Assembly: GCF_036588685.1 (NCBI RefSeq)
Contig: NW_026963290.1
Location: forward strand, 5,332,001-5,396,000
Direction of reading: 5' to 3'
Source of the DNA: Mytilus trossulus
Taxonomy: Eukaryota
Length of the DNA: 64,000 nucleotides
Of this stretch, positions 1 to 12,900 are shown in pieces. The notes beneath the pieces were generated by a model that was given only the letters and a program-made list of their open reading frames with translations, was not told where the DNA came from and ran no database searches. How positions within the stretch are numbered: the stretch's first letter is position 1; each line of letters starts with the position of its first letter. A program made the position numbers and the translations under genes.

Positions 1-708
1 ACGAGTGCAAAAAGTATTTTGGGATAGTATAATGGTATGATGTCCTGGTCTGTGTCGTTGTCGACGTCGTCGTTGTCGTTGTCCAAGACACATAAGGTTT
101 CCAGACAATAACTTTAGTTCAAAAGAATGGATCTCTATGAAATTTGATAAGATGGTACACTACCATAAAGGGAAGGTTGGGATTGATTTTGGGGATGATT
201 GTTTTAACTGTTTAGGAATTAGGGGCCCAACAAGGGGCAAAAACAGGATAAAACTTGTTTATAAGTATTTCAATTGATCTGAAAGTATACCACAATGTTT
301 TCAATACCACAAGTAGATTCATTTTGGGGGTTATAATGCCAACAGCTTAGAAATTAAGGGCCAAAAGGGGGCCAAAATCAAGCATTTTTCTAGTTTCCAG
401 ACAATAACTTGTGTTTAAGAGTATGGATCTCTCTGAAATTGTACTACACGGTTCCATACTACAAAGGAAATACTGAGATTTAGTGTGGGGGTAGTTGCTC
501 AACGGGGGGATTAAAAAGTTTTGTGGGTTCCAATTTGTAAGATATTGACATTTTTTTTTATGTCAGAAACCTATACTCTGTCAAAAATTGGATCACAATC
601 CAAATTCAGACAGTATGAAGCTTGAATGTTGTGTCTTAATTTGCCCCAGCTGTTCAGGGTTCAACCTCTGCGGTCGTATCAGGCTTGCCTCAGCGAAACA
701 GTTTATTT
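1..708 (+). mobile_element. Non-autonomous Helentron/DINE-1-like (HINE) element, degenerate, intronic; 5' end at or just before the window edge
   Basis: (GTC)n-like microsatellite near 50-82, diverged internal repeats (ccagacaataact... at ~101 and ~397), 3' subterminal TGCGGTCGTAT (669-679) followed by a degenerate hairpin and T-rich end. Confidence 0.55.
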
Positions 709-864
709 AGAGAGAATTGTGTTAATTGGAACATTGCTTTTCATTTTAATATCTAAACCTGTGCATTGCATAGAAATACAATGTAAATGACAGACTTTAA
801 AATGACAAACAGACTTAAAATATGTCAATGTTGTTATAGAACTTATGTATGTTTTATTTTACAG

Positions 865-939
865 GCACCCGGTTTAGACTTTGATGAAAATGGTTTACCT
901 AAATTACCAGGGACTCAACAAGGATGTTCAATCATGTGA
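865..939 (+). CDS. PEX19: Terminal coding exon of peroxisomal biogenesis factor 19 (upstream exons outside the window)
   Basis: Polypyrimidine tract + CAG acceptor (ttttattttacag, ends 864), then APGLDFDENGLPKLPGTQQGCSIM*. The PGLxFD motif and C-terminal CaaX box (CSIM) match my recollection of the PEX19 C-terminus (human PPGLNFD...QCLIM). Confidence 0.8.
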   Translation, partial: APGLDFDENGLPKLPGTQQGCSIM

Positions 940-2278
940 TCTCATAACATTCAAAACATGTGACAGCTGTGATATTGATCATGTGATATAAACAATAGAG
1001 CAGAAAGGGCAAGGAGGCATAGTTTTGGTGGATATAAAAATATTCGAAACTGATGTTGGTAGTAAAGCATTCTGGTTGTGGCAAACTTATATTGTCCTAT
1101 TTATAGGAGAGCTGTGTTTGTGATTAAAATAGCATACTGGTCTTTTATTCTTTATTTCTTGTTCTAAAAAACTTATAAAGCATTTGATAAAATAAGCATC
1201 TGATGTTAAAAATGAGCCTCAAATACACTTGGTAAATGTGATTACATTTACTTTATATTATCCTAGATCCCTATGATTAAAAATATTTGAAATAAGTAAA
1301 GGTATAGACAATTCATGTTTTTTAATGTGCATTTTTTTTAGATCATGAAGATGATTTTTTTAATCTAAAATATGCCTTTTTTGAAAAATAGGTGATATCA
1401 TATTGATTCACGGTGTTCATGTTAAAAGTATATCCATTCTTGTTTTCAGTTTGGACCGATATACATGTACTAGTTGAAAATTAAAATTTTTATAAGCGGT
1501 GCAGGGTTTTGAACCTTGTTATACAATTAGTTACACAAATGAGTGTTACCTTCTTTTCTTTGAAATTTAGCTATAAAAAAAACCCGATATATATTATAGG
1601 AATCCAATCAAATGTAATAAAACTTTCTTGTAGTTTTAGTCTATCAGAAATAACCCTTGTCACATTTATATCAGTGGAACTTATTTCATTAATAGTTTTC
1701 AACACAACAGTTTTATTGTTTATCTTGTTTTAATGTTAAGAAATAATATTTTATTCTGTACTTTCTATTTTTTAAAAAAAAATATATTGTGTTTAAAATT
1801 ATCAGTGATTTCACTCTCTAAAATAAAGTGGAAATACTAAATCAACATGAAATTATGTTTATTAAATTTGCATTTGATTAAAATGAATGTGTCTGAATAT
1901 TCTATTTTTTAACAAAATTTTAATATGCTAAAATATACATAGCAACTTTATCATGAACAAGTTATTACAGGTATAATTGCTTAATTATGAATTAAAAAGA
2001 CAACAACATGCATACTCCGATTGATAATCCATGTTATCAACTTGAAATTACAAATATTTTTTTCCATGAACCATTTATTTATAAATCTTGAATTAAAATA
2101 TTTTTAAGTTATTGTAATGTATACCTGTCAAAAAATGGTTTGTAAGTGTAAAATGTTGTATGAATGTTTTACTTATAAATTTCAAAAGAGTAGTTTTTGA
2201 ATGGATGAAAGATTTTTTATTGGAAAGTGAAAACACTAGCATGTTTGATAAAAGATTTTATTCTGCTTAACAGTTTCC

Positions 2279-3189
2279 ATTTATATACGCCCAGGACAGG
2301 ACGTATTATGGTATACTGTTGTCCGTCCGTCCGTCCGTCTGTCGTCCATTCTAACAATAACACAAAAACACCTTCACCAATTTCCATGAAACTTTAGTGA
2401 ATTGTTTATATCTATTGACGTAAGCTCCCTTTCGTTTTTTTTTAATTTCAGATTTTAAGTTTTGGATTTATGGGTCTTTATTCATAAAAAAGGGGGGATT
2501 TTCAACACTTCGGACAATAACACAAAAAGGCTTTCACCAATGTCCATGAAACTTTTGTGAATTCTTTATATCTATTGATGTGAGCTCCCTTTCGTTTTTT
2601 TTTTATTTCAGATTTTAAGGTTTTGGATTTATGGGTCTTTATTCATAAAAAAGGGGGAATTTTCAACACTTCGGACAATAACTCAAAAAGGCTTTCACCA
2701 ATGTCCATGAAACTTTGGTGAATTGTTTATATCTATTGATGTAAGCTCCCTTTCGGTTTTTTTAAATTTCAGATTTTAAGTTTTGGATTTATGGGGCTTT
2801 ATTCATAAAAAAAGGGGGATTTTTAACACTTTGGACAATAACTCAAAAAGTCTTTCACCAATGTCCATAAATTTTATAAATTTCAGATTTAACATTTCCA
2901 TGTTATGAATTTTTATGCTTAAAAAAGGGGTGATTTTTCCAATTTTGGGACAATAACTAACACTTTAACAAAATTTTATGTATGGATGAAAAATTAAGAC
3001 AACAAACATAGTTAAATTTGAGGTAGCCTTAATAGTGCCAATTTTTTTGTGCATTTTTATTTATTATTTAGGGGGGGTATTTGACAGGGCTCACACTATT
3101 TCTAGTTGATCATATAAATTCATTTAAAGCATAAAAGACAAGTTAAAAGAGCAACGGGCGTTTCATGCGCTAAAACGCAGCCCTTTATT
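2279..3189 (+). mobile_element. Non-autonomous Helentron/DINE-1-like element with internal ~159-bp tandem repeats
   Basis: 5' TACGCCC and 3' GGGCGT subterminal inverted repeats, (GTCC)n microsatellite, ~3.5 internal repeats, 3' hairpin TGCGctaaaaCGCA, T-rich ends; same family as 9304-15250. Confidence 0.75.
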
Positions 3190-3790
3190 CTTAGAAGTTT
3201 AAAGGCTTTGCTTTTGAATTGAAAATGTTGGTGTACATAAATTTCCAAAACTGATACATTTTCTCCTGTTTAAAATTTGGTTATCCAACCTTCTATAATT
3301 AGTTAAAGTTATTTTGTGACATTTTGAAACTTTTGTTTATGTTTTATAAATTGAGAATGTGTGAGTAATTGTGAACTGAATGAACATTTCAGGATTCGAT
3401 TGTACTGCCTGACTGATGAAGTTAAAACAAATTGTTATTGATTATTAGTAAAAGAGAAAAAATTAAAACATGCAATCAAATTATATGTTTATGATTTCTC
3501 TGAAGTAATTCATATAGATTGAGTTTGACCTTGCCATATGAATCTTGTTAGCTCTGATAAAGCACTTCTGGGTGAAATATTTACTACACACTGTCAAGTC
3601 TTATGGTCTGATTAGTCCCACAAACTTTACAGATTAATATTTAATCAACTAATGCTGTCAGAGTTTCGAAGTTAGTTACCTAGAATTGTATCTGGTTATT
3701 TTTATTATTGTCGGGGATATCTGGAATGACATTGCTGATTTTAGGAATAAAAAGTATATTGAAAAAAAAAAACTCCAAGGTAAATTCTAA

Positions 3791-3944
3791 ATGTGGGAGT
3801 CCATAAAAAGTGACAAAATTAAATATTATCAACCAATGAAAAGTGGAATTCCATTAAAACTGAATAAATTAAATACAATCAACCAATGAAAAGTGGAAGT
3901 CCATAAAAACTGACAAAATTAAATATTATCAACCAATGGAAAGT
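3791..3944. repeat. 50-bp tandem repeat x3
   Basis: aaccaatg recurs at 3831, 3881 and 3931. Confidence 0.8.
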
Positions 3945-3996
3945 AAAATGACCAAAAAAAAACTGAACTCAGAGGAAAATATAAAGCAAAAAATCC

Positions 3997-4209
3997 TTAA
4001 TCAAATGGCAAAATCAAAAGCTCAAACACATCAAACAAATGGATAACACCTGTCATATTCCTGAATTGGTACTGGCATTTTCTAATGTAGAAAATGGTGG
4101 ATTTAATCAAATGGCAAAATCAAAAGCTCAAACACATCAAACAAATGGATAACAACTGTCATATTCCTGAATTGGTGCAGGCATTTTCTTGTGTAGAAAA
4201 TGGTGGATT
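3997..4209. repeat. ~106-bp tandem duplication within an interspersed repeat fragment
   Basis: ttaatcaaatggcaaaatcaaaagctcaaacacatc...aatggtggatt occurs twice in tandem. Confidence 0.75.
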
Positions 4210-4384
4210 GAACCTGGTTTAATAGATAGCTAAACCTCTCGATTGTATGACAGTCACATCAAATTCCATTATATTGACAAAGATGTGTGATCAAAACAAA
4301 TAGACATAATAGGTAAAAGTCACAAATAGGAGTACACCAGTCAACATTGTGTTACAATCTTAATCACTATAAAAGACAAGAATT

Positions 4385-6840
4385 AATTAACTATACAAAT
4401 GAAATTGAACACTCTCTGAAAATGAATAAATCATCATTTGATAAATGGAAACTGGAAGGAAAACCAACGACTGGCGAAACTATGCAAGAAAGGAAAAAAA
4501 TAAAAAGCAACTGTGCAAAGCGGGAAGACAAGCAATTGCGCGGCAATGAGATGAATCGCTACAGAAGATCATGAACGCTAAGCAAAGAGATAGCAAAATA
4601 TTTCGTAGACTTGTAAAAGCACAAAGGAAAACCAAAAAAAATTCCATATCAGACCTGACTGCAGAAGACAAAACCTATTCTTCTCGGGAAGAAATACTTC
4701 AAGGTTGGAACGAGCATTTCATCAAGCTCGCAACACCTGAGTCTAATACCACAAACTGTGACCATAGCAACACAGAATTTGATAAAGACATTATTGAAGA
4801 AATTTGCAAACAAAATGCTGTACCATTAACTTTCACAGCTGAAGAAATTAACAAAGCCATAAACTAACTGAATACCAACAATGCACCTGATATATTCGGT
4901 ATTACAGCAGAACATATCAAATATGGTGGAGATACATTACTGCAGGCAATTACGTCTATAATCAACAACATCTGTTTCTCTGCAACCATACCAGACTGCA
5001 TAAACCATGGAATTTTAACACCAATATTCAAAAACAAAGGACTACCAAATGAGACAAAACATTATAGAGGAATCACTGTACTCCCAATTATTGAAAAAAT
5101 CCTTGAAATACTACTGAGCAAATTGCTAAGAGACATCATTGATATTATACAAATCGATTACAAAGAGGTTTCACTCCTGGGGTATCTCCTCTATACAGTG
5201 CCCTCATACTTCTACAATCCATAGCAGAATCAATGGATCAAAAGATGCCTGTTTTTGTTGCTCTGCTAGACTCCAAATCTGCATTTGATGTTGTATTGGA
5301 CCAATTAGAAAACAGCGGCCTTGGTACCTACATCGGAAATATATACTGTGGATCCCGGACTTGCTTAGATGATGTTGCCCTCATTGACAATTCTCCTAAT
5401 CACCTCCAAACAATTATAAGTACGGTTGAGAATTACAGCATGCAAGAGAAATACTCACTCCAACCAACCAAAAATGTTATATTAAAACATGAACCACCTT
5501 CAAAAGATACAGTCTTCAACTTCAAAATTAATAATATAGAAATGAATGAGCCAGATTCAGCTGTGCTGATTGGCATAAAACACAGCTCTGATTAAAAAAA
5601 AAACTATCAACATCCATGTTGATGAAAATATCTCAAAGGCAAGACGAACTATGTATAGCCTGATTGGGGCTGATCTGCATGGAAAGAACGGGCTAAACCC
5701 AATAACATGTCTTTACATTTTTAACGTTTATGTTCTTCCAGTTCTGATCTATGGAATTGACATTCTTCTTCCAGACAATACACATTTAGAGCCACTAGAA
5801 GTATTCTATCGAAAATCAATCAAACAGATCTTCTCGCTTCCCACCAACACTGCGGATGCAGCTATTTATACTATAGCAGGAGTTATACCACTCCAAGGCA
5901 TTAAACACAAAGCAGCTTTAAACATATACAACAAAATTTGTGGTATGGAATCATCCGTCGAAAAAGATATGGCAGAAAGACAAATCTACGTATCCGGATT
6001 TAACTCCAAAACTGGTTCTCTAAAATACGCTGCTTACTGGCACACTATTATCTGCCATCAGGTCATGAACTTATACAGAACCTGGTCAGTAGATACAGAT
6101 GGAAAGCAAATGTTCAGAAAACAGTGGACAAAGTGTATTATGCACAACTCAGGACAAAAGTATCTTTATTCAACTCTCTTCGCAATTTATCTGCAATATA
6201 ATATTTCATGGCACAATATTCATCCATGTCTTGCAAGTGTTGGTACCTCTGCACAATATATTAGCCGTCTACATCCAAAATTAAAACTTTTAACAGGAAC
6301 TTATTATCTGCAAAGCAATAAGGCTGCATTTAACCAAAATTCAACAGATCCAACTTGTCTTCTCTGCAATGAAAATTCAGAAACTGTTAAACATTTTATT
6401 CTAGATTTTAAATCTCTTAATAATACTCGTATACCATACCTGCATGAATTAGACTGCTTTCTTCGTAGCATTAAAAACTGTGATAAATGCTTAAACCTTA
6501 CCAGCTTAGTAATAAATAAACAGCTTATCTTAAACCCAAGTAGAATATTTTGTGCATGTGGCTGTAGATGCAAATGTATGGATAACTGCTTCAAAGTAGA
6601 GTATATAAATGGTAAACTGTGCTATGCTTTTGAAAGCTCTGCCGTCTAACAAACGAATGGCCATTGAATGTAACCAACATTCACTCCACGGGCGTAGATT
6701 TTTGCATTTTTTGTATATCGAAGACCCCTGTAAATATATATTGTGAACTTTTAAACCGATTCTGAAAAGAAGTGCTCCTTTGAAGGAGAGTTTTTTTTTT
6801 ACAGATACAGAATAGCACCATATCGGAATCATTAATTATT
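4385..6840 (+). mobile_element. Decayed, 5'-truncated non-LTR retrotransposon (RTE-X-like) ORF2 remnant
   Basis: Fragmented ORFs with RT motifs (PIFKNKG..YRGIT, LDSKSAFDVV, CLDDVAL), post-RT YSLIGADLHGKNGLNP and C-terminal CLLC-x8-H; stops, frameshifts and an internal deletion; homologous to the ORF at 26051-27418. Confidence 0.8.
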
Positions 6841-7209
6841 AGATGGAAAACAAATGTCATATTCCTGTCTTAATACTTACAAACCTTATTGAAAAAAAGA
6901 TGAAATTGTACTGTCTGTGATAAAAAAAGACATTAACAAAAATACCTTAATACCGGTAGCAAAAAACTGAATAAAGTGATATTTGTAAACTAGCAAATCA
7001 TTGTAGTTATAGTTTATTTGAGTTTCAAGAAAAAAGCCCACTTTGGATGCAATAAATTTATAAACAGGATCTGCTTACTCTTCCGGATCACATGAAACCA
7101 GTTACTTTGTTATTTTTCGCCTGTCTTTTACACAGTAAAAAATACAAAATCTAATAAAAGTTATAGACACTTCATTATCTTTATTATATGTAAGCATGCT
7201 AGAATTTTA

Positions 7210-9303
7210 AAAGACTTCGATTTAAGCAGTGAGGCTACTGAAACAAAACGTGATTTATGAACAAATTAATTATATGAATTGGTAAAGAATATATATAAAG
7301 ACCAGTATGTACCAAGTATTTCTTATACCTATACCAAATCTATTGCAACTAAAATTTTCAATAACAAACACGTTTTGCAGGATCTCGATATTGACGACTT
7401 CAAGTCTAAACCTCATGATTGCACTTGTGCTAGTTCCCAATTCACATATAATCCTGCTGGCCACGTTATTACCGGTGACTTCAACGTTGTTTATAACACT
7501 TCTCTACGAAATGTGTTATCGAAAGGTCCGAAATATCGTGAGCCTTAATCCATCAATTGGAAATACAACTTTAAGATTTTGATGGATTCAGTCGAGAATT
7601 ATGCCAGGTAATGGGCTAAGCGCGAGAAGGAAGACGTAGACACTCTTTCCGAATGGATAAAGGCAGTGAGGTCGTTGATACAAATCAGAATCAAGAAACT
7701 GAATGGGTCTATCAATGCCCATGCTACGTCAATCTTTAAAGACCCAAATGTTGCAAAACATCTATCCTACCTCCATGACAAATATGTTGTTGTCTCCGCA
7801 GACAAAGCCCCAAACAACATCGTTTTTGTGTGTAAAACTCATTACATGAACTGCTTGACAAACGAATTAGGTATTGACAATTCACTTGGAAACTCAACAT
7901 ATACCCTCACGACACTTACCAAAGAGGAAATCTTGGATAATCATAGGTCTGTTCTATGTTCCTTTGGAATTCCAACCAAAGATGAAGAACTGGATCTTCC
8001 ATCACTACATAAGTGTCCTTACAAACAACGGTATATTGCTGGGTCTTCCATGTGCTCCACGAAACATTTTTCTAAATTATTAACATCTATTTTATCAGCA
8101 ATCAAAGAAGGGCTTCAAAGTTATTGTGAAACTACCTTTTCTAGAGGTGTCGTGAATCAAATGTGGATACTTAAAAATTCAAAGGATATTTTAGAGTACA
8201 TACAATCTAACTCTCTTTCATCTTGTAACAGTATTAAACTATTTGACTTTTCTACTATTTACACAAGTATTCCACATTCCAAACTATTGCTTTGCTTCAT
8301 AAAAAAGAATGGCCAAAGTAGATACAAGTATCTTGTATTGGGGAGGGATAAATCCTACTTTGTAAAGGATCACTCTGATTCAAAGAAAAATTTCTCTGAA
8401 ACTGATATTATCAAGATGCTTGAAATCTTGATTGACAACATATTTGTTACGTTCGGAGGACGTGTTTTTCAACAGACTATCTGCATTCCAATGGGAACAA
8501 ACTGTTTCTGTATTATTATGAGGCTGACTTCATGCAGGAACTTCTTAGGAAGAAAGATAAGAAGTTAGCAATATCCTTTACCTTTACTTTCCGCTATATA
8601 GATAATGTTCTTTCACTTAATAATTCCAAATTTGGTGACTATGTGGAACGCATATATCCCATCGAACTAGAGATAAAGGATACAACATATACAGTTAAGT
8701 CGACCTCATATCTTGACTTTCATCTAGAAATTGACAATGAAGGTCGGTTGAAAACAAAACTTTGCGACAAAAGAGATGATTTCAGCGAAAATTGCGAATT
8801 TTCCATTTCTAAGTAGCAACATTCTATCAGCACCTGCATGAGGGGGTATATATATATCCCAATTGATACGATATTCCCGTGCTTGCATTTCCTATCATGA
8901 TTTTCTTGATAGAGGGTTGCTGCTCACAAGAAAGCTATTAAAGCCAAGAGTTCCAAATGGTGAAGTTGAAATCATCCCTTCGTAAATTTTACTGCCGCCA
9001 TCACGAGTTGGTTGACCGTTATGGAATAACCGTTTCACAAATGATATCGGATATGTTCCTTACGTCGTAACTACAATCCCCTTCCTGTTCATGAATGCTC
9101 CCTACCGAATTAGACTATTTACCGTATTTGTTATAACATGAGCAACACGACGTGTGCCACATGTGGAGCAGGATCTGCTTACCCTTCCGGAGCACCTGAG
9201 ATCACCACTAGTTTTTGGTGGGGTTCGTGTTGCTTATTCGTTAGTTTTCTATGTTGTGTCACGTGTACTGTTGTGTGTCTGTTTGTCTGTTTGTTTTGTT
9301 CAT
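7210..9303 (+). mobile_element. Decayed Penelope-like retroelement RT region; its 3' end continues at 15251-15322 after a nested insertion
   Basis: PLE-type RT motifs KGPKYREP, ADKAPNN, FDFSTIYTSIPH, IPMGTNC, FRYIDNV, SYLDFHL across frameshifted ORFs; the 3' tail ttcattttt|agccatggcg is split by the HINE and is seen intact at ~17608-17626. Confidence 0.8.
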
Positions 9304-9994
9304 TTTTATACGCCCGGGACGGGACGTATTATGGTATACCGTTGTCCGTCCGTCCTTCCGTCTGTCCGTCCGTCGTCCACACTTGGACAATAACTCAAAA
9401 AGGCTTTCACCAATGTCCTTGAAACTTTGGTGAATTGTTTATATCTATTGACGTAAGCTCCCTTTCGGTTTTTTTAATTTCAGATTTAAGTTTTGGATTT
9501 ATGGGGCTTTATTCATAAAAAAGGGGGGATTTTCAACACTTCGGACAATAACTCAAAAAGGCTTTCACCAATGTCCATGAAACTTTGGTGAATTGTTTAT
9601 ATCTATTGACGTAAGCTCCCTTTCGGTTTTTTTAATTTCAGATTTAAGTTTTGGATTTATGGGGCTTTATTCATAAAAAAAGGGGGGATTTTCAACACTT
9701 CGGACAATAACTCAAAAAGGCTTTCACCAATGTCCATGAAACTTTGGTGAATTGTTTATATCTATTGATGTAAGCTCCCTTTCGTTTGTTTTTAATTTCA
9801 GATTTTAAGTTTTGGATTTATGGGGCTTTATTCATAAAAAAGGGGGATTTTTAACACTTCGGACAATCACTCAAAAAGGCTTTCGCCAATGTCCATGAAA
9901 CTTTGGTGAATTGTTTATATCTATTGATGTAATCTCCCTTTCAATTTTTATAAATTTCAGATTTTAAGTTTTGGATTTATGGGGCTTTATTCAT

Positions 9995-12900
9995 AAAATA
10001 GTTATCAAAGGTACCAGGATTATAATTTAGTACGCCAGACGCTCGTTTCGTCTACATAAGACTCATCAGTGACGCTCATGTCAAAATATTTATAAAGCCA
10101 AACAAGTACGAAGTTGTTGAGCATTGAGGATCCAAAATTCCAAAAAGTTGTGCCAAATACGGCTAAGGTAATCTATTCCTGGGATAAGAAAATCCTTAGT
10201 TTTTCGAAAATTCAAAGTTTTATATTCAGGAAATTTATAAAAATGACCACATAATTGATATTAATGTCAACACCGAAGTGCTGACTACTGGGCTGGTGGT
10301 ACCCTCGGGGACGAAACGTCCACCAGCAGTGGCATCAACCCAGTGGTGTAAATAGTTATCAAAGGTACCAGGATTATAATTTAGTACGCCAGACGCGCGT
10401 TTCGTCTACATAAGACTCATCAGTGACGCTCATATCAAAATATTTATAAAGCCAAACAAGTACGAAGTTGTAGAGCATTGAGGATCCAAAATTCCAAAAA
10501 GTTGTGCCAAATACGGCTAAGGTAATCTATTTCTGGGATAAGAAAATCCTTAGTTTTTCGAAAATTCAAAGTTTTATATTCAGGAAATTTATAAAAATGA
10601 CCACATAATTGATATCCATGTCAACACCGAAGTGCTGACTACTGGGCTGGTGATACCCTCGGGGACGAAACGTCCACCAGCAGTGGCATCGACCCAGTTG
10701 TGTAAATAGTTATCAAAGGTACCAGGATTATAATTTAGTACGCCAGACGCGCGTTTCGTCTACATAAGACTCATCAGTGACGCTCATATCAAAATATTTA
10801 TAAAGCCAAACCAGTACGAAGTTGTAGAGCATTGAGGATCCAAAATTCCAAAAAGTTGTGCCAAATACGGCAAAGGTAATCTATTTCTGGGATAAGAAAA
10901 TCCTTAGTTTTTCGAAAATTCAAAGTTTTATATTGAGGAAATTTATAAAAATGACCACATAATTGATATCCATGTCAACACCGAAGTGCTGACTACTGGG
11001 CTGGTGATACCCTCGGGGACGAAACGTCCACCAGCAGTGGCATCGACCCAGTTGTGTAAATAGTTATCAAAGGTACCAGGATTATAATTTAGTACGCCAG
11101 ATGCGCGTTTCGTCTACATAAGACTCACCAGTGACGCTCATATCAAAATATTCATAAAGCCAAACAAGTACGAAGTTGTAGAGCATTAAGGATCCAAAAT
11201 TCCAAAAAGTTGTGCCAAATACGGCTAAGGCAATCTATTCCTGGGATAAGAAAATCCTTAGTTTTTCGAAAATTCAAAGTTTTATATTCAGGAAATTTAT
11301 AAAAATGACCACATAATTGATATTCATGTCAACACCGAAGTGCTGACAACTGAGCTGGTGATACCCTCGGGGACGAAACGTCCACCAGCAGTGGCATCGA
11401 CCCAGTGGTGTAAATAGTTATCAAAGGTACCAGGATTATAATTTAGTACGCCAGACGCGCGTTTCGTCTACATAAGACTCATCAGTGACGCTCATATCAA
11501 AATATTTATAAAGCCAAACAAGTACGAAGTTGTAGAGCATTGAGGATCCATAATTCCAAAAAGTTGTGCCAAATACGGCTAAGGTAATCTATTCCTGGGA
11601 TAAGAAAATCCTTAGTTTTTCGAAAATTCAAAGTTTTATATTCAGGAAATTTATAAAAATGACCACATAATTGATATTAATGTCAACACCGAAGTGCTGA
11701 CTACTGGGCTGGTGATACCCTCGGGGACGAAACGTCCACCAGCAGTGGCATCAACCCAGTGGTGTAAATAGTTATCAAAGGTACCAGGATTATAATTTAG
11801 TACGCCAGACGCGCGTTTCGTCTACATAAGACTCATCAGTGACGCTCATATCAAAATATTTATAAAGCCAAACAAGTACGAAGTTGTAGAGCATTGAGGA
11901 TCCAAAATTCCAAAAAGTTGTGCCAAATACGGCTAAGGTAATCTATTTCTGGGATAAGAAAATCCTTAGTTTTTCGAAAATTCAAAGTTTTATATTCAGG
12001 AAATTTATAAAAATGACCACATAATTGATATCCATGGCATCACCGAAGTGCTGACTACTGGGCTGGTGATACCCTCGGGGACGAAATGTCCACCAGCAGT
12101 GGCATCGATCCAGTTGTGTAAATAGTTATCAAAGGTACCAGGATTATAATTTAGTACGCCAGACGCGCGTTTCGTCTACATAAGACTCATCAGTGACGCT
12201 CATATCAAAATATTTATAAAGCCAAACCAGTACGAAGTTGTAGAGCATTGAGGATCCAAAATTCCAAAAAGTTGTCCCAAATACGGCTAAGGTAATCTAT
12301 TTCTGGGATAAGAAAATCCTTAGTTTTTCGAAAATTCAAAGTTTTATATTCAGGAAATTTATAAAAATGACCACATAATTGATATCCATGTCAACACCGA
12401 AGTGCTGACTACTGGGCTGGTGATACCCTCGGGGACGAAACGTCCACCAGCAGTGGCATCGACCCAGTTGTGTAAATAGTTATCAAAGGTACCAGGATTA
12501 TAATTTAGTACGCCAGATGCGCGTTTCGTCTACATAAGACTCACCAGTGACGCTCATATCAAAATATTCATAAAGCCAAACAAGTACGAAGTTGTAGAGC
12601 ATTGAGGATCCAAAATTCCAAAAAGTTGTGCCAAATACGGCTAAGGCAATCTATTCCTGGGATAAGAAAATCCTTAGTTTTTCGAAAATTCAAAGTTTTA
12701 TATTCAGGAAATTTATAAAAATGACCACATAATTGATATTCATGTCAACACCGAAGTGCTGACTACTGAGCTGGTGATACCCTCGGGGACGAAACGTCCA
12801 CCAGCAGTGGCATCGACCCAGTGGTGTAAATAGTTATCAAAGGTACCAGGATTATAATTTAGTACGCCAGACGCGCGTTTCGTCTACATAAGACTCATCA

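Noticed and set aside
3405-3582. CTGATGA and CTGATAA words suggesting a hammerhead ribozyme
   Set aside because: Could not build stems I-III with a GAAA core and cleavage triplet
9138-9433. Three overlapping short ORFs
   Set aside because: They span a PLE tail/HINE junction and a microsatellite; spurious
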